Of a stretch of 64,000 bases of DNA, positions 38,757 to 50,636 are shown piece by piece. The first letter of the stretch is position 1. The number at the start of each line of letters is the position of its first letter. Under the pieces are notes generated by a model. The model was not told where the DNA came from, did no database searches, and was given only the letters and a program-made list of their open reading frames with translations. The DNA is from Gammaproteobacteria bacterium. GTDB lineage: Bacteria > Pseudomonadota > Gammaproteobacteria > Enterobacterales > Kangiellaceae. The position numbers and the translations under genes were made by a program. Location of the stretch: assembly GCA_013373545.1 (NCBI GenBank), contig JABXHQ010000004.1:4683-68682 (forward strand), in the 5' to 3' direction.

Positions 38757-39317
38757 TTATTCAAATAAGACTTTTTGTACCGGAGCGTAACTTTTACGGT
38801 GGATCGGCGTTAACCCGAGTTGTACGAGCGCGTTACGATGCTGCGCCGTTGGGTACCCTTTGTTCCGGTCAAAGCCATATTCTGGAAATTGCTTATGCCA
38901 TTCTTGCATTTCAGCATCACGGACCACTTTCGCTAAAATCGATGCGGCACTGATACATGGCTCAGTTAAATCACCTTTAACAATAGCCTCGGCTGGATAA
39001 GCGAAGTTGGGTAACTTGTTACCATCGACCAACACCTTAGCTGGCTCAATCGACAATCCCTCTACGGCTCTTTCCATCGCTCTCATAGAAGCTTGCAATA
39101 TGTTAATTTGATCGATTTCTTCAGCTTCCGCTCGCCCTAATGACCAAGCTAAAGCTTTTGATTTAATTTCCTGTGCTAACTGCTCTCGTTTTTTCGGTGA
39201 TAACTTTTTCGAGTCAGTTAAGCCTTCGATCGGCTGCTTAGGATCCAAAATAACCGCGGCAGCAACTACCGGCCCCGCTAACGGTCCACGCCCCACTTCA
39301 TCGACTCCGGCAATCAT
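38757..39317 (-). CDS. rnhB: Ribonuclease HII
   Basis: '[14 protein letters not shown]', 'DSKKL', 'VLVDG', '[13 protein letters not shown]'. Confidence 0.96.
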   Translation of the reverse strand: MIAGVDEVGRGPLAGPVVAAAVILDPKQPIEGLTDSKKLSPKKREQLAQEIKSKALAWSLGRAEAEEIDQINILQASMRAMERAVEGLSIEPAKVLVDGNKLPNFAYPAEAIVKGDLTEPCISAASILAKVVRDAEMQEWHKQFPEYGFDRNKGYPTAQHRNALVQLGLTPIHRKSYAPVQKVLFE

Positions 39318-39319
39318 AA

Positions 39320-40465
39320 TTATTCCTCAATCAAATCAATAATTGCCTTAGCGGCGATATTATCAGCATCTTTTTTTAGGTCACGATGAATTTGTTCAAA
39401 GGCTGCTATCATTTTTGACTTCTTTTCACTTTCGGCAAGCAAACTTAAAACTTCTTCCGCTAACAACTGCGGTTGGCAGTTCTCTTGAATCAATTCTTTA
39501 ACTAAAGTTTTACCTGCTAATAAATTCGGCAAGGAAACATTTTTTATCTGTAGCATTCTTGAAAAAATGGCATAGCTAAACCGCGACATTTTGTAGCCAA
39601 CAACCATCGGCTTTTTCAATAATGCAGCTTCAAGCGTTGCCGTACCCGATGCTATTAACACCGCATCAGCGGCAGCCATCACGGCGCGAGCATTTTGCAC
39701 GGTGATACGCACATCAGGACAGTTAGGTAGCCGCGCCAAAATGGCTTCAACTTGATGTTTTCGCTTTTCATTAATCACTGGCAACACCAGCTGTAAATCA
39801 GGCTGTTGTTCTAAGCACAGCTGAGCTGCCGCTATAAAAGGTTCAACTATGTGGGCAATTTCACTGGAACGACTTCCTGGCAAAATCGCTAACACAGGTT
39901 TATCTGCCGCTAATTCAAGTGATTGCCGGTACGATTGAGCATCGACATCCATCGGGATCTCATCCGCTAACGGATGTCCAACGCAAGCCACTTTAATATC
40001 ATGCTTTTGGTAAAAAGGAACTTCAAACGTGAACAGCGCTAACATTAAATCTACCGCACGCTTGATCTTAAAAATTCGTTTAGGTCGCCATGCCCATACC
40101 GAAGGACTAACGTAATGCGCAGTTTTAATCCCACTTTGTTTCAGAGCTAGCTCAAAATCTAAATTAAATTCGGGAGCATCAATTCCAATAAAAACATCGG
40201 GAGGATTTTGCTGAAGTTGTTTAATTAATTGTTTGCGCTTCGCGCTCAACTCGCGATAGCGTTTGAGGATTGCCCAAATGCCCATCACTGACAGTCGCTC
40301 CATCGGATAAACCGACTCGACTCCCTGAGCTTGCATCAACGGACCGGCAATTCCTTTAATTGATAACTGCTCGCCGTAATGTTGCTTGAGTACACGGCAC
40401 AAACCGGCTCCCAGTAGATCACCTGAAGCCTCTCCTGCCACAATAAAGATTTCGCGCTTAGCCAT
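39320..40465 (-). CDS. lpxB: Lipid-A-disaccharide synthase
   Basis: '[10 protein letters not shown]', 'GIDAPEFN', '[10 protein letters not shown]', 'LPGSRSSE', 'SGTATLE'. Start set at ATG 40465. Confidence 0.96.
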   Translation of the reverse strand: MAKREIFIVAGEASGDLLGAGLCRVLKQHYGEQLSIKGIAGPLMQAQGVESVYPMERLSVMGIWAILKRYRELSAKRKQLIKQLQQNPPDVFIGIDAPEFNLDFELALKQSGIKTAHYVSPSVWAWRPKRIFKIKRAVDLMLALFTFEVPFYQKHDIKVACVGHPLADEIPMDVDAQSYRQSLELAADKPVLAILPGSRSSEIAHIVEPFIAAAQLCLEQQPDLQLVLPVINEKRKHQVEAILARLPNCPDVRITVQNARAVMAAADAVLIASGTATLEAALLKKPMVVGYKMSRFSYAIFSRMLQIKNVSLPNLLAGKTLVKELIQENCQPQLLAEEVLSLLAESEKKSKMIAAFEQIHRDLKKDADNIAAKAIIDLIEE

Positions 40466-40487
40466 GGAGTTTAATTCTATTGAGTCG

Positions 40488-41249
40488 CTAGCGAACAATG
40501 CCGCGTTCAGAATTGCGAATAAAGTCGACAAACACTTGAATATGAGGCTCACTAGAAATTGCCGCAATTTCAGCTATCGCCTGTTCTAATTTCAAACCTT
40601 TACGATAGAGTGCTCGGTAGGCATTTTTAACATCACGAATCTGTTCAGCAGAAAATCCGCGACGCTTTAAGCCCTCAGAGTTAATCGCTCTTGGTTCACT
40701 ATCATGAAGCATGACATAAGGAGGCACGTCTTGAGTGATGCGGCTGTTGATCCCGGCAAAAACATGGTCGCCGATTTTACAAAACTGATGAATACCCGTG
40801 AAACCACCTAAAATAACCCAATTGCCTACTTTAACATGGCCTGCAGCAGTAGCACTGTTGGCAAAGATAACGTGATCGCCAATGATACAATCATGAGCAA
40901 CATGAGTGTAAGCCATGAACAGACAGTCGCTACCAATTTGGGTGTAACCTAAGTCTTGGGTAGTACCGCGATGAACCGTGCAGCTTTCGCGAAAGGTATT
41001 ATTGTCACCAATAATGGTGCGCGTCGGCTCACCGGCGTATTTCTTATCTTGGTTTTCTTCACCAATACTGGCGAATTGAAAGATACGATTATTTTTGCCG
41101 ATCTCAGTCTCGCCATTAATGACGACGTGCGGACCCACTCGAGTACCCGAGTCAATTTTAACTCCAGCACCGATTATCGAATAGGGTCCAACTTCGACGT
41201 CACTGGCTAGTTCAGCTTTGGCATCAATTATCGCGGTAGGATGAATCAT
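40488..41249 (-). CDS. lpxA: Acyl-ACP--UDP-N-acetylglucosamine O-acyltransferase
   Basis: 'MIHPTAII', hexapeptide repeats, 'QDKKYAGE', 'HVAHDC'. Confidence 0.97.
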   Translation of the reverse strand: MIHPTAIIDAKAELASDVEVGPYSIIGAGVKIDSGTRVGPHVVINGETEIGKNNRIFQFASIGEENQDKKYAGEPTRTIIGDNNTFRESCTVHRGTTQDLGYTQIGSDCLFMAYTHVAHDCIIGDHVIFANSATAAGHVKVGNWVILGGFTGIHQFCKIGDHVFAGINSRITQDVPPYVMLHDSEPRAINSEGLKRRGFSAEQIRDVKNAYRALYRKGLKLEQAIAEIAAISSEPHIQVFVDFIRNSERGIVR

Positions 41250-41710
41250 ATAACGCTCTTTTTGGCACACATTAAGTCAGCAGAACAGACAACCTGGTCA
41301 TCAACCAAAGCTTCCGCTTTGAATTTCCACATATCACGCTTGCGGCGCTCAACGACGACTTTCAAATGTACTTGATCGCCTGGCTCGACCGGCTTTTTGA
41401 AGCGCGCATTATCGATTCCTACAAAATAGTACAAAGAGTCTTCACTGGGAAGTTCACCCATGGTTTTAAAGGCTAAAATACCCGTTGCTTGTGCTAACGC
41501 TTCAAGAATAAGCACCCCAGGCATCACCGGCCGATGAGGAAAATGCCCAGTAAAACAAGGCTCGTTCACCGTAATGTTCTTAATCGCGTGAAGATGCTCA
41601 CCTAATTTATAGTCAATGACTCGGTCAATTAATAAAAATGGATAGCGATGTGGCAGGTGTTGCATCACCTCATGAATATCCATCATCGTAATTTCATTGC
41701 TATCACTCAT
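41246..41710 (-). CDS. fabZ: 3-hydroxyacyl-ACP dehydratase
   Basis: '[13 protein letters not shown]', '[18 protein letters not shown]'. Confidence 0.97.
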   Translation of the reverse strand: MSDSNEITMMDIHEVMQHLPHRYPFLLIDRVIDYKLGEHLHAIKNITVNEPCFTGHFPHRPVMPGVLILEALAQATGILAFKTMGELPSEDSLYYFVGIDNARFKKPVEPGDQVHLKVVVERRKRDMWKFKAEALVDDQVVCSADLMCAKKSVI

Positions 41711-42746
41711 TGTTGTTCTCGCTTTGTTTAAGTTGTGCTAGTTCTTTTTCTAGTTGTTTAATCGAACGTGCCATATCGTCTAATTGACGCATTCTAGCGA
41801 CGCTACGTTTCCATTCACGATTTGGCATTAACGGTGTACCCGACGAATAAGCCCCTTTCTCCAAAGACTTACTGACTTGTGAACCCGCAGTAATATGCAC
41901 GCCATCGGCTAACTCAATATGTCCTAATATAGTCACTCGACCACTAATGGTACAGTACTCACCCACACTCGAGCTTCCGGCAACACCTGAGTAAGCGGCC
42001 ATCGCACTATGAGAGCCAAACTGAACATTATGGGCAAGGTGGCACATGTTATCGAGTTTGACATCGTTGCCAATAACCGTGTCACGGATAGCTCCGCGGT
42101 CAATCGTGCAATTAGCGCCACACTCAAAGTCATCGCCAATCACTACGCCACCTAGCTGAGGAATTTTTACCCAAGCGCCTCGTTCATTAGCGAATCCGAA
42201 ACCATCACTGCCAATGACACTACCGGAATGAATAATCCCGCGTGCACCAATCGTAACGCCATGATATATCGAAACGTTGGGATAAATGCGCGTACCAGTT
42301 CCAATTGATGAGCCTTTGCCAATAACGCAGTTAGCACCGATCTGTACATCAGCAGCAATTGAAGCGCCTTCTTCAATCACCACATTGGCGGCAATTTTCG
42401 CACTCGGATCGATTTTGGCACTCGCGGCAATAACTGCTCGACTGTGCTGTTCAGATGCTAAATCGGGTGTTGTATCAAGCAGTTGAGCCACTTTCGCAAA
42501 CCCCAAATAAGGGTTATCCATCACCAAAGCATTGCCACTATACGTCTCAGCCATATCGGGCGCTAAAATTAACGCTGAAGCTTGCGTTGAGGTCAAAAAG
42601 GCTTGGTACTTTGGATTGCTCAAAAACGCGATATCGCCGCTTTTAGCATCTTGAATGGTATTAATAGCAAAGACGCGGCAAGCCGCGTCTCCTTTAACTG
42701 TTGCGCCAATTTTCGACGCAATGTCACTTAATTGATAGCCCGTCAT
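41703..42746 (-). CDS. lpxD: UDP-3-O-(3-hydroxyacyl)glucosamine N-acyltransferase
   Basis: 'IGSDGFGFA', 'WVKIPQLG', 'TIDRGA', 'KLDN'; hexapeptide repeats. Confidence 0.96.
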   Translation of the reverse strand: MTGYQLSDIASKIGATVKGDAACRVFAINTIQDAKSGDIAFLSNPKYQAFLTSTQASALILAPDMAETYSGNALVMDNPYLGFAKVAQLLDTTPDLASEQHSRAVIAASAKIDPSAKIAANVVIEEGASIAADVQIGANCVIGKGSSIGTGTRIYPNVSIYHGVTIGARGIIHSGSVIGSDGFGFANERGAWVKIPQLGGVVIGDDFECGANCTIDRGAIRDTVIGNDVKLDNMCHLAHNVQFGSHSAMAAYSGVAGSSSVGEYCTISGRVTILGHIELADGVHITAGSQVSKSLEKGAYSSGTPLMPNREWKRSVARMRQLDDMARSIKQLEKELAQLKQSENNNE

Positions 42747-42764
42747 TGAGGGATTCTTCCGCGA

Positions 42765-43268
42765 TTAGTTACCTAATGCATTAAGTTTAGCTAAAACTTT
42801 ATCAGAAATATTGCTTGCATCGCTCACATAGAGAAGTGCTTCACGATTTAAAATCAAATCGTATTGACCTTCTTTCGCAACGGCTTCAACTTGCTGAGAA
42901 ACCAAACCGAAAAGTGTACGACGCTCTTCTTGCGAACGACGGTTATAGTCTTCTTTAAAGGTTTTTTCTTTAAACGTAATTTGCGCTTGAAGTTCTTGCA
43001 GCTGACGTGAAATTTGCTGACGCTCTTGCTCACTCATAGTAGCTTCATTTTTCTGCGCATTTTCTTGAATGCTCTGACCTTTTTCAGCCAAAGAACGAAG
43101 CTCTTCAGAACGCTCTTTAAACTCGCCTTTTAGTTTCTCGTTAATCGCAACGTACTGTGGTGCACGTGTAAGAACGTATTGAATGTCAACCACACCAATT
43201 TTGTTAGCCGCATTTGCGCCTGCAATGGTCGTTACTAAAAGAGCAATTAAAACTAAATATTTATTCAC
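42765..43268 (-). CDS. skp: Periplasmic chaperone Skp/OmpH
   Basis: Signal peptide, 'KIGVVD', coiled-coil body, 'YDLIL'; lies between bamA and lpxD. Confidence 0.9.
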   Translation of the reverse strand: MNKYLVLIALLVTTIAGANAANKIGVVDIQYVLTRAPQYVAINEKLKGEFKERSEELRSLAEKGQSIQENAQKNEATMSEQERQQISRQLQELQAQITFKEKTFKEDYNRRSQEERRTLFGLVSQQVEAVAKEGQYDLILNREALLYVSDASNISDKVLAKLNALGN

Positions 43269-43312
43269 AACAAATCCCCTTAACTAGAATTTTAAAAAAT
43301 CTGAGAAGCCGT

Positions 43313-45799
43313 TTAGAAGGTTCTACCTATATTAAACTGGAACTCTTCGAAATCATCAAATTGTTGGCTTCTAAGTGGCCGGCCAATGCTGATCGAAATC
43401 GGTCCCATTGGCGATAGCCATTGAACAGAAACTCCAGCTGATACTCGATAAGTGCTCATGTCACTGTAATCAGGCATCACGCCAATACTTCCATTCGGAA
43501 AAGTCACTATCATACCATCATATCGGTCTACGTCGAACTTTGTATCCCAAACATTTCCGGCATCAACAAAGAAACTGGTACGGACACTGCGGTTGCCTTC
43601 TGCAAATGGTGTCGGGAAAATCAACTCTAAGGTTGCCGTCGCTTTTGCGTTTCCACCCGATGAGTAACGAGTGAGTTGTAACGCGTCATTTTCCTCAGGC
43701 AAAATCACCGGATAGCTTGTGCCGTCAGGTGCCGTCACAGTTGCCGTAGTCGGTGTCCGAATAATTTCACGCGGACCAACCGTATTGTTTTCAAATCCAC
43801 GCATCGAATCAGTTGAGCCACCATAAAAATTTTCAAAATATGGCAAGCTCTCACTCACGCCATCGCCATAACCATTTCCGTAACTCATTTTAAATGCGGT
43901 TTTAAAACTCCAACCTTGAGTAATTAAAAAGTAGTTAGAAAACTCATAACTCAATTTGTAGTACTCAAGATCCGAACCGGGCACTGACGCTTCTAAAGAA
44001 ATCTGATTTAAAGTCCCGGTATCCGGGAAAACACCACGATTTAAAGTATTTCTTACCCAACTGGTTTGCAATTCAACCAATTCGAAATCTAAGCTTTCAT
44101 CAACATAAGGGTCGAGATCAAAGCCGCGGAATAAATCAATGATCGCCTGAGAGCGTCCGCCAGACTGTGTATACGGGTAAGAATTTAACGTGTTCTTTAA
44201 GAAGTTTCCGCCAATATTAAAACGCGAAACTTCACTCAATGGTATACCTAAATTCGCACCTACCCCCAAAGAAGTTTGCGACGAACGGTTAATATTTAAT
44301 TCGCTGTAATCGGTCTCACGGAAAAATACATTATAACCAAGGCTCACACCATCAACGGTAAAATAAGGTTGAGTGTAGTTAAAGCTGTAATTTTGCACCG
44401 CTTTCGAATTATTCAAAGACACCGCTACTCGATCACCACTACCTTGGAAGTTGTCGTGGCTGACACTGGCTTGAATTGAGAGACCGTAAAAGCTACCGTA
44501 ACCAAGACCACCGGTAATCGTTCCAGCAGAACGTTCTTTAACCGTAAATTCGACATCAACTTGGTCATCAGTACCTTCAACTTTTGGAGTCTCTACGGTT
44601 ACCGATTCGACGAACGGCAAACGCTCCATTCGAACCTTTGAACGCTCAACCGACTGAGTAGAAAGAGCTTCACCTTCCATCATTCGCGATTCGCGTCGAA
44701 ATACATGATCATTGGTACTTTCATTACCCGAGAAAGTAATACGACGAACGTATGTTTTCTTTTTCGGATCAACATAAATAGTTAACGATACTTCTTTTTT
44801 ATCTTCATCGATATCAGGAACACTTAGAACATTGGCAAAGGCATAACCTTTATAGCCTAACCATTCCGCAATACGCTCTTCAGCAAAGCTTATCGCTGCA
44901 CCACTGTATGTTTCACCATTTCTAAGTGGAACCAAGGTACGCAATTGCTCTTCGGTGTAAATAAGTTCACCCGAGAACTTAATTTCTTTAATGGTAAACT
45001 TCTCACCCTCAGCCACATTAATAGTAATAAACATGCCTTTGCGGTCAGGGGAAATGGCTACTTGAGTCGAGGTTATCTGAAATTTTAAGTAGCCGCGATC
45101 AAGATAGAAATTACGTAACTTTTCAATGTCACCGGATAACTTCTCTCGCGCATATTGATTGTCACTGGTAAAGAATGAAAACATTCCGCCAGTCGTTAAC
45201 TCAAACTGCTCTAGCAACTCTTCATCGCTAAAGATTTTGTTGCCAACAATGTTAATTTCACGAATCGTCGCTGGTTCACCTTCATCGACGTCCATGCGTA
45301 CTTGCACTCGGTTACGTGACATATTGAGCGCGCGGGTTTTGATTTTTACACCATATTTTCCGTGAGCAAAATATTGATTCTCAATTTCTGAAGCAATCGC
45401 CTCTAATGCAGCAGCTTGATAAACCTCGCCTTTGGCAAATCCAGCGCTACGCATACCATTGAGTAGGTCTTCGGTTTTTAGTTCACGGTTACCTTCAATC
45501 ACAATGTCAGCAATAATCGGCCGCTCTTCAACATCAAAGATTAAGGTACTGCCCTCGCGGGAAACCTTTACGTATTGAAATGAGCCAGTGCTATTAAGAG
45601 CACGGATTAAGTTCGGCAAACGAGCTTCGTCGACTTGTTCTCCCACTTGCAGTGGCAAATAGGTGAAAAAAGTACCGATATCAATGCGTTGCAAGCCATT
45701 AACGCGGATATCTTCCACTTTAAATGCATTAAAACTGGCGAAAGCCCCACTACAAGCGACGACTAATATCGACTGTATGATTAATTGTTTTATTGTCAT
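43313..45799 (-). CDS. bamA: Outer membrane protein assembly factor BamA
   Basis: POTRA 'VEDIRVNGLQRI'; 'MRGFENNTVGP'; C-terminal 'FQFNIGRTF'. Confidence 0.97.
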   Translation of the reverse strand: MTIKQLIIQSILVVACSGAFASFNAFKVEDIRVNGLQRIDIGTFFTYLPLQVGEQVDEARLPNLIRALNSTGSFQYVKVSREGSTLIFDVEERPIIADIVIEGNRELKTEDLLNGMRSAGFAKGEVYQAAALEAIASEIENQYFAHGKYGVKIKTRALNMSRNRVQVRMDVDEGEPATIREINIVGNKIFSDEELLEQFELTTGGMFSFFTSDNQYAREKLSGDIEKLRNFYLDRGYLKFQITSTQVAISPDRKGMFITINVAEGEKFTIKEIKFSGELIYTEEQLRTLVPLRNGETYSGAAISFAEERIAEWLGYKGYAFANVLSVPDIDEDKKEVSLTIYVDPKKKTYVRRITFSGNESTNDHVFRRESRMMEGEALSTQSVERSKVRMERLPFVESVTVETPKVEGTDDQVDVEFTVKERSAGTITGGLGYGSFYGLSIQASVSHDNFQGSGDRVAVSLNNSKAVQNYSFNYTQPYFTVDGVSLGYNVFFRETDYSELNINRSSQTSLGVGANLGIPLSEVSRFNIGGNFLKNTLNSYPYTQSGGRSQAIIDLFRGFDLDPYVDESLDFELVELQTSWVRNTLNRGVFPDTGTLNQISLEASVPGSDLEYYKLSYEFSNYFLITQGWSFKTAFKMSYGNGYGDGVSESLPYFENFYGGSTDSMRGFENNTVGPREIIRTPTTATVTAPDGTSYPVILPEENDALQLTRYSSGGNAKATATLELIFPTPFAEGNRSVRTSFFVDAGNVWDTKFDVDRYDGMIVTFPNGSIGVMPDYSDMSTYRVSAGVSVQWLSPMGPISISIGRPLRSQQFDDFEEFQFNIGRTF

Positions 45800-45819
45800 A
45801 AAGACTCGTAAACTCCGAA

Positions 45820-47145
45820 CTACAAACGAGCAATATCGTTAAAAATTGCAATCGCCATTAACCCAAAAACCAACACCATCCCAATGCGCAAGCCATACTC
45901 TTGCGCGGCTTCCGACAGCGGTTTGCCTTTTATCCACTCAATTGTATTGAACAATAAGTGTCCACCATCAAGCATGGGAACCGGCAATAAATTAATTAAG
46001 CCCAAATTGACACTAATAATGCCAAGAAAACCTAAGAAATATGCCCAGCCCCCACGAGCTGAAGAGCCCGCTCCTTCGGCGATCGACAATGGACCACCCA
46101 AAGATTTGGTCGAGACCTCTCCAACCAATAATTTTTTGAACATTGTACCGGTTAATGCAATCACATCAGCGGTTTTGTCAAATGCAAGCTTCATGCTTCC
46201 CATAACGCCTGCGGACTCATATTCAAAATATGAGTAGACTTTGATACCCAAAAGCCAATTTTGTTCCACAGCTTTTGGCGTCACTTCAAGATTCACACTG
46301 CGACCGTCACGCAATACCGTCACAGCAATGGGCGCGGCAGACTTCACTTCGAGCATAAAGCGGCGGACATCGTTAAAATTGCTGATCGCTTGCTGGTTCA
46401 ATTGAGTGATCAAATCACCGCGTCGCATACCGGCCCGCTCAGCGGCACCACCCGGCTCAAGCTCATACACAAAGGCATCAATCGATTTAATTTGGGTTAA
46501 CCCAAGACTTCCGAGTGGATCCGGACGGCGGTCATCCACCTGCCAATCGTTAATATTTAATTCGACGGTGCGCATTCGATTGCTTTGCCAGTCCTTTACT
46601 TCAAGCGCAATAGTCCCTTCTTCACCCAAGCGCTCAACTAATGACCAGACAACTTCATTCCAACTGGAAACCGGATTGCCATCAACCGCAATAATCTGAT
46701 CGTTGCGCTGTAAGCCGGCCGCTGATGCAATCGATGGTTCGAGCGGTTTGTCGATAATCGGTTTGAACACCCAAGTACCGGACAGGTACATTACAAAGTA
46801 CACCACTACCGCCAAAATAAAGTTAGCCATAGGACCCGCAGCAACAATTACATTCCGCTTCCATAGCGCTTGACGATTAAAGGCCTGCGCGCGAACCGTC
46901 TCAGGCACATCACCTTCGCGTTCATCGAGCATTTTGACATAGCCACCCAAGGGAATTCCGGCGACAACATATTCCACGCCATCTTTGCCGACATGGCGCC
47001 ATAGCGGCTTGCCGAAGCCTACCGAAAAGCGCAGAACTTTAACCCCTAACTTACGCGCCGCTATAAAGTGCCCCCATTCGTGAAATGTCACGAGGATACC
47101 CAGCGCAATAAGGAAAAATAAGAGGTTAAATAAAAAGTCGGTCAT
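45820..47145 (-). CDS. rseP: RIP metalloprotease RseP
   Basis: 'HEWGH', 'FSVGFG', 'AAGP..N', PDZ domains, 'NLLPVPMLDGGH'. Start set at ATG 47145. Confidence 0.96.
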   Translation of the reverse strand: MTDFLFNLLFFLIALGILVTFHEWGHFIAARKLGVKVLRFSVGFGKPLWRHVGKDGVEYVVAGIPLGGYVKMLDEREGDVPETVRAQAFNRQALWKRNVIVAAGPMANFILAVVVYFVMYLSGTWVFKPIIDKPLEPSIASAAGLQRNDQIIAVDGNPVSSWNEVVWSLVERLGEEGTIALEVKDWQSNRMRTVELNINDWQVDDRRPDPLGSLGLTQIKSIDAFVYELEPGGAAERAGMRRGDLITQLNQQAISNFNDVRRFMLEVKSAAPIAVTVLRDGRSVNLEVTPKAVEQNWLLGIKVYSYFEYESAGVMGSMKLAFDKTADVIALTGTMFKKLLVGEVSTKSLGGPLSIAEGAGSSARGGWAYFLGFLGIISVNLGLINLLPVPMLDGGHLLFNTIEWIKGKPLSEAAQEYGLRIGMVLVFGLMAIAIFNDIARL

Positions 47146-47158
47146 GCCTTTCCTGTTC

Positions 47159-48340
47159 TTACAGATGCTTAATAAAGTCGCGAGCAAATTCGCGCGCGCG
47201 ATGATCCTGCTGTATCAGGCCATCAATATCAAGTCCAAATTGATTTTCCAGCGAATTAAGTGCTGCTTCGTTGACCTTGGCAATGTCGGTAAACTTAATT
47301 CCGGCGGCTAAAAACGCCGCAACGGCCACCTCATTAGCTGCATTTAAGACGGTTGCAGCAGAACCCTGTGCGCGAAACGCTGCAAATGCCAGCTGCAAAC
47401 ACGGGTAACGTTGATAATCCGGCTGCTCAAAGGTTAACTGCGCGATTTGACTAAAGTCGAGCGCCTCTACCCCGGCATCAATCCGCTCCGGCCAACTGAG
47501 GCCATATGCAATCGGTGTGCGCATATCCGGTTGACCCATCTGAGCAATCACCGAGCCATCCACATAGCTAACCATCGAATGAATAATGCTTTGCGGATGG
47601 ATCACAACTTCAAGTTGCTCACTAGACAAAGCAAACAAATGACACGCCTCAATGACTTCAAGGCCTTTGTTCATCATGGTTGCCGAATCAACGGAAATCT
47701 TTTGTCCCATCTCCCAATTCGGATGAGCGCAAGCTTGTTGCGGTGTGACTGCCGCTAATTCACTCAATGGCCACTCGCGGAACGGACCACCTGAGCCCGT
47801 CAGTAACACCCGTTGAATACCACTGGCATTGAACCCTTGTTGCGCATAATCACTGGGCAGACATTGAAAGATCGCATTGTGCTCGGAGTCGATCGGCAAC
47901 AATGTAGCACCCGAATCCGCCACGGCATTCATCATTAACTCGCCAGCAATGACCAGTGACTCTTTGTTCGCCAATAATAATTTTTTTCCTGCAGCGGCAG
48001 CGGCCAGGGTCGACTTAAGTCCGGCAGCTCCGACAATCGCCGCCATAACAATATCCACGCTCGGAGCCTTGGCTACTTCAACGAGCGCTTGCTCTCCTAG
48101 CTGAATATCACACTGAGGTGCCGCTTGTTCAAAACGCGCTTGCCACTCGCGGGTAAAGTGTTTCTCAGAGGTAATAATGACCACTTGAGGCTGGAACTGC
48201 GTCACTTGCTCGAGCAATAACGCAAGATTTTGGTGACCGGACAAAGCGAACACCTGATAGCGCTCCGGATGCCGGGCAATGACATCGAGCGTGTTCTTAC
48301 CGATCGAGCCAGTGGCGCCCAATACCGCAACTTGCTGCAT
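47159..48340 (-). CDS. dxr: 1-deoxy-D-xylulose-5-phosphate reductoisomerase
   Basis: 'LGATGSIG', 'LANKESL', 'PIDSEH', 'HPNWEMGQKISVDSATMMNKGLE'. Confidence 0.97.
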   Translation of the reverse strand: MQQVAVLGATGSIGKNTLDVIARHPERYQVFALSGHQNLALLLEQVTQFQPQVVIITSEKHFTREWQARFEQAAPQCDIQLGEQALVEVAKAPSVDIVMAAIVGAAGLKSTLAAAAAGKKLLLANKESLVIAGELMMNAVADSGATLLPIDSEHNAIFQCLPSDYAQQGFNASGIQRVLLTGSGGPFREWPLSELAAVTPQQACAHPNWEMGQKISVDSATMMNKGLEVIEACHLFALSSEQLEVVIHPQSIIHSMVSYVDGSVIAQMGQPDMRTPIAYGLSWPERIDAGVEALDFSQIAQLTFEQPDYQRYPCLQLAFAAFRAQGSAATVLNAANEVAVAAFLAAGIKFTDIAKVNEAALNSLENQFGLDIDGLIQQDHRAREFARDFIKHL

Positions 48341-49218
48341 TACATCCACCCTAACCAAGTCGCAAATAAGACAAAGAAAGGGGCTACCGCTAAGGTGCTA
48401 TCGAGCCGATCAAGAATTCCGCCATGGCCGGGTAATAGATTACTTGAGTCTTTGATTTGTACCTGACGCTTCAACAAGCTTTCGAATAAATCACCGAGCA
48501 CGGAGACCACGGCAATCAACAGAACAACTAAAGCGACCAAGCCATAATTGGGCACTGGCAAGGCTAAAAAATGTATGCCGAGCACTGCGACACAGCCGCT
48601 CAGGACCACGCCACCGAAGAAACCTTCCCAAGTTTTTCCTGGGCTAATAGAGGGCGCCAGTTTACGCTTACCCCATAACTTGCCAAATAAGTATCCACCG
48701 ACATCAGCGCCCCAGATCAGCAACAACATAAACAGTAGTAAAAACGCACCTTTATGCGGCTCAATTAATGTCGAAGCCCCCCGAATTGCGATGGCGGAGA
48801 CCCAAAAACCCAATATGATCACGGTGCCGAGTAATAACCGTGGCCAGCGCTGCTGCGCCCAGAATGAGCGATGGCGCTTCGATAATAGCATCATCAAAAT
48901 AGCGACGGCCCATGCCGCAATTGCGCTCCAATAAACCACTAAAGTTGATGTTAAATGCCACTCAATAAACCAGGTGCTTGGCCAGAATTCGAGTGCTGGG
49001 GCAAGATACCATACGCCCAAAGCAATCAAGGAAGTCACCATGGCATAGAACGAGCGATAAAGATTGTCTTGAATGTTCGCCAAACGCGCCCATTCCCACG
49101 CCATAACATACGCCACAATTACCAAAGCCGCCGCAAACTCAGGGAGTTGCAACACAAACAATAATACGGCTACCAATGGCAACAATAGTAGAGCTGTAAT
49201 CACGCGTTGTTTAAGCAT
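48340..49218 (-). CDS. cdsA: Phosphatidate cytidylyltransferase
   Basis: 'MLKQRVITA', 'WGADVGGY', 'ISPGKTWEG', 'GDLFES..KR....KDS..LLPGHGGILDRLDS'. Confidence 0.96.
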   Translation of the reverse strand: MLKQRVITALLLLPLVAVLLFVLQLPEFAAALVIVAYVMAWEWARLANIQDNLYRSFYAMVTSLIALGVWYLAPALEFWPSTWFIEWHLTSTLVVYWSAIAAWAVAILMMLLSKRHRSFWAQQRWPRLLLGTVIILGFWVSAIAIRGASTLIEPHKGAFLLLFMLLLIWGADVGGYLFGKLWGKRKLAPSISPGKTWEGFFGGVVLSGCVAVLGIHFLALPVPNYGLVALVVLLIAVVSVLGDLFESLLKRQVQIKDSSNLLPGHGGILDRLDSTLAVAPFFVLFATWLGWM

Positions 49219-49249
49219 TACCAAGATTCCCTGTTGGGTATTATTGTTA

Positions 49250-49972
49250 TCAATCCAATTGTTCGGCTGTCATGCCAAACCGGCGCTGGCGTTGAGCGTA
49301 TTCAGCTACGGCTAACTTTAATGCGCTCGCATCGAATTCAGGCCACAAAATATCAGAAAAGTAGAGCTCTGCATAAGCGCTTTGCCACAACAGAAAGTTA
49401 CTAATGCGCACTTCACCACCGGTACGGATCAGCAAATCAACCGGAGCCAAATCATGACCACTTAAATGCTGTTCAATATCCGCCTCAGTAATCGTGCGAC
49501 TTTCAGGATGGTCAATCAGCGCTTGATTGACCGCTTGCATGATATCCCATTGTCCACCATAGTTAGCGGCAATCTGCAAAACGATTCCGTCATTGTTTTG
49601 GGTCAGTTGTTGCGCTTTAGTGATGGCTTGTTGTAGTTTCGGCTCAAAGCGCGACACATCGCCAATCACTCGCAATTGCACATTATTTTTGTGTAACTGT
49701 TTTGACTCGCGGGTCAATCCAGTGACAAACAGATTCATTAAGAAACCCACTTCTTGCTCAGGACGCTTCCAGTTTTCACTGCTAAATGCAAATAGGGTGA
49801 GAACCTTTACGCCCATAGCGCCGCAGGCTTCGACCATTTCACGAGCACGGTCCATGCCCACTTTATGCCCTTGCACGCGCTTTTTACCCTGAGCCTGCGC
49901 CCAGCGGCCATTCCCATCCATAATGATGGCAATATGTTCTGGGACAGCTGATTTAGTTTCTTGATGCGACAT
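49250..49972 (-). CDS. uppS: Undecaprenyl diphosphate synthase
   Basis: 'HIAIIMDGNGRW', 'FAFSSENWKRP', 'IRTGGE.RISNFLLWQ'. Confidence 0.97.
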   Translation of the reverse strand: MSHQETKSAVPEHIAIIMDGNGRWAQAQGKKRVQGHKVGMDRAREMVEACGAMGVKVLTLFAFSSENWKRPEQEVGFLMNLFVTGLTRESKQLHKNNVQLRVIGDVSRFEPKLQQAITKAQQLTQNNDGIVLQIAANYGGQWDIMQAVNQALIDHPESRTITEADIEQHLSGHDLAPVDLLIRTGGEVRISNFLLWQSAYAELYFSDILWPEFDASALKLAVAEYAQRQRRFGMTAEQLD

Positions 49973-49988
49973 AATATTAAATACACAA

Positions 49989-50012
49989 ACGCCGCGTATT
50001 GTGACGCGGCGT
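49989..50012 (-). terminator. Hairpin/terminator after frr
   Basis: ACGCCGCGT / ACGCGGCGT 9-bp stem. Confidence 0.6.
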
Positions 50013-50033
50013 GATTAAATCGGACTGCAGAAA

Positions 50034-50591
50034 TTAAATTTCCATCAGCTCTTCTTCTTTCTCGGCAAGAATCTTGTCGATCTGGGTAACGTGCTCATCG
50101 GTCAGCTTTTGCACATCATCTTGGGCACGACGTTCTTCATCTTCTGAAATTTCTTTTTCTTTAACCAAATCTTTTAAAGTTGAGTTGGCATCTCGACGAA
50201 TATTTCGAACGGCTACTTTCGCCCCTTCTGCTTCACCACGAACGACTTTGATAAGGTCTTTACGACGCTCTTCAGTCAGAGGTGGTAACGGAATACGAAT
50301 AACTTGGCCAGCACTGTTTGGGTTTAATCCTAAATCAGAATTCAAAATAGCTTTCTCTACCGCAGCCACCATATCTTTTTCCCATGGCTGAACCTGTAAC
50401 GTCCGCGAGTCAGCAATCGAGACATTCGCCACTTGAGTAATTGGGGTTTCAGAACCATAGTAGGACACGGTCAAGTGCTCGATTAAACTAGGGTGAGCAC
50501 GTCCTGTACGAATTTTAGTTAAATCATGTCTAAATGCTTCAACTGATTTTCCCATGCGAGTTTTCGCATCGCTCTTAATATCATTTATCAC
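50034..50591 (-). CDS. frr: Ribosome recycling factor
   Basis: 'KIRTGRAHP', 'DLGLNP', 'PPLTEERRK', 'RNIRRDAN'. Confidence 0.97.
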   Translation of the reverse strand: MINDIKSDAKTRMGKSVEAFRHDLTKIRTGRAHPSLIEHLTVSYYGSETPITQVANVSIADSRTLQVQPWEKDMVAAVEKAILNSDLGLNPNSAGQVIRIPLPPLTEERRKDLIKVVRGEAEGAKVAVRNIRRDANSTLKDLVKEKEISEDEERRAQDDVQKLTDEHVTQIDKILAEKEEELMEI

Positions 50592-50636
50592 AAGGCTTCC
50601 CCTTACGGTTTAATTCTTAGCTAGCATTGCTTTTTA

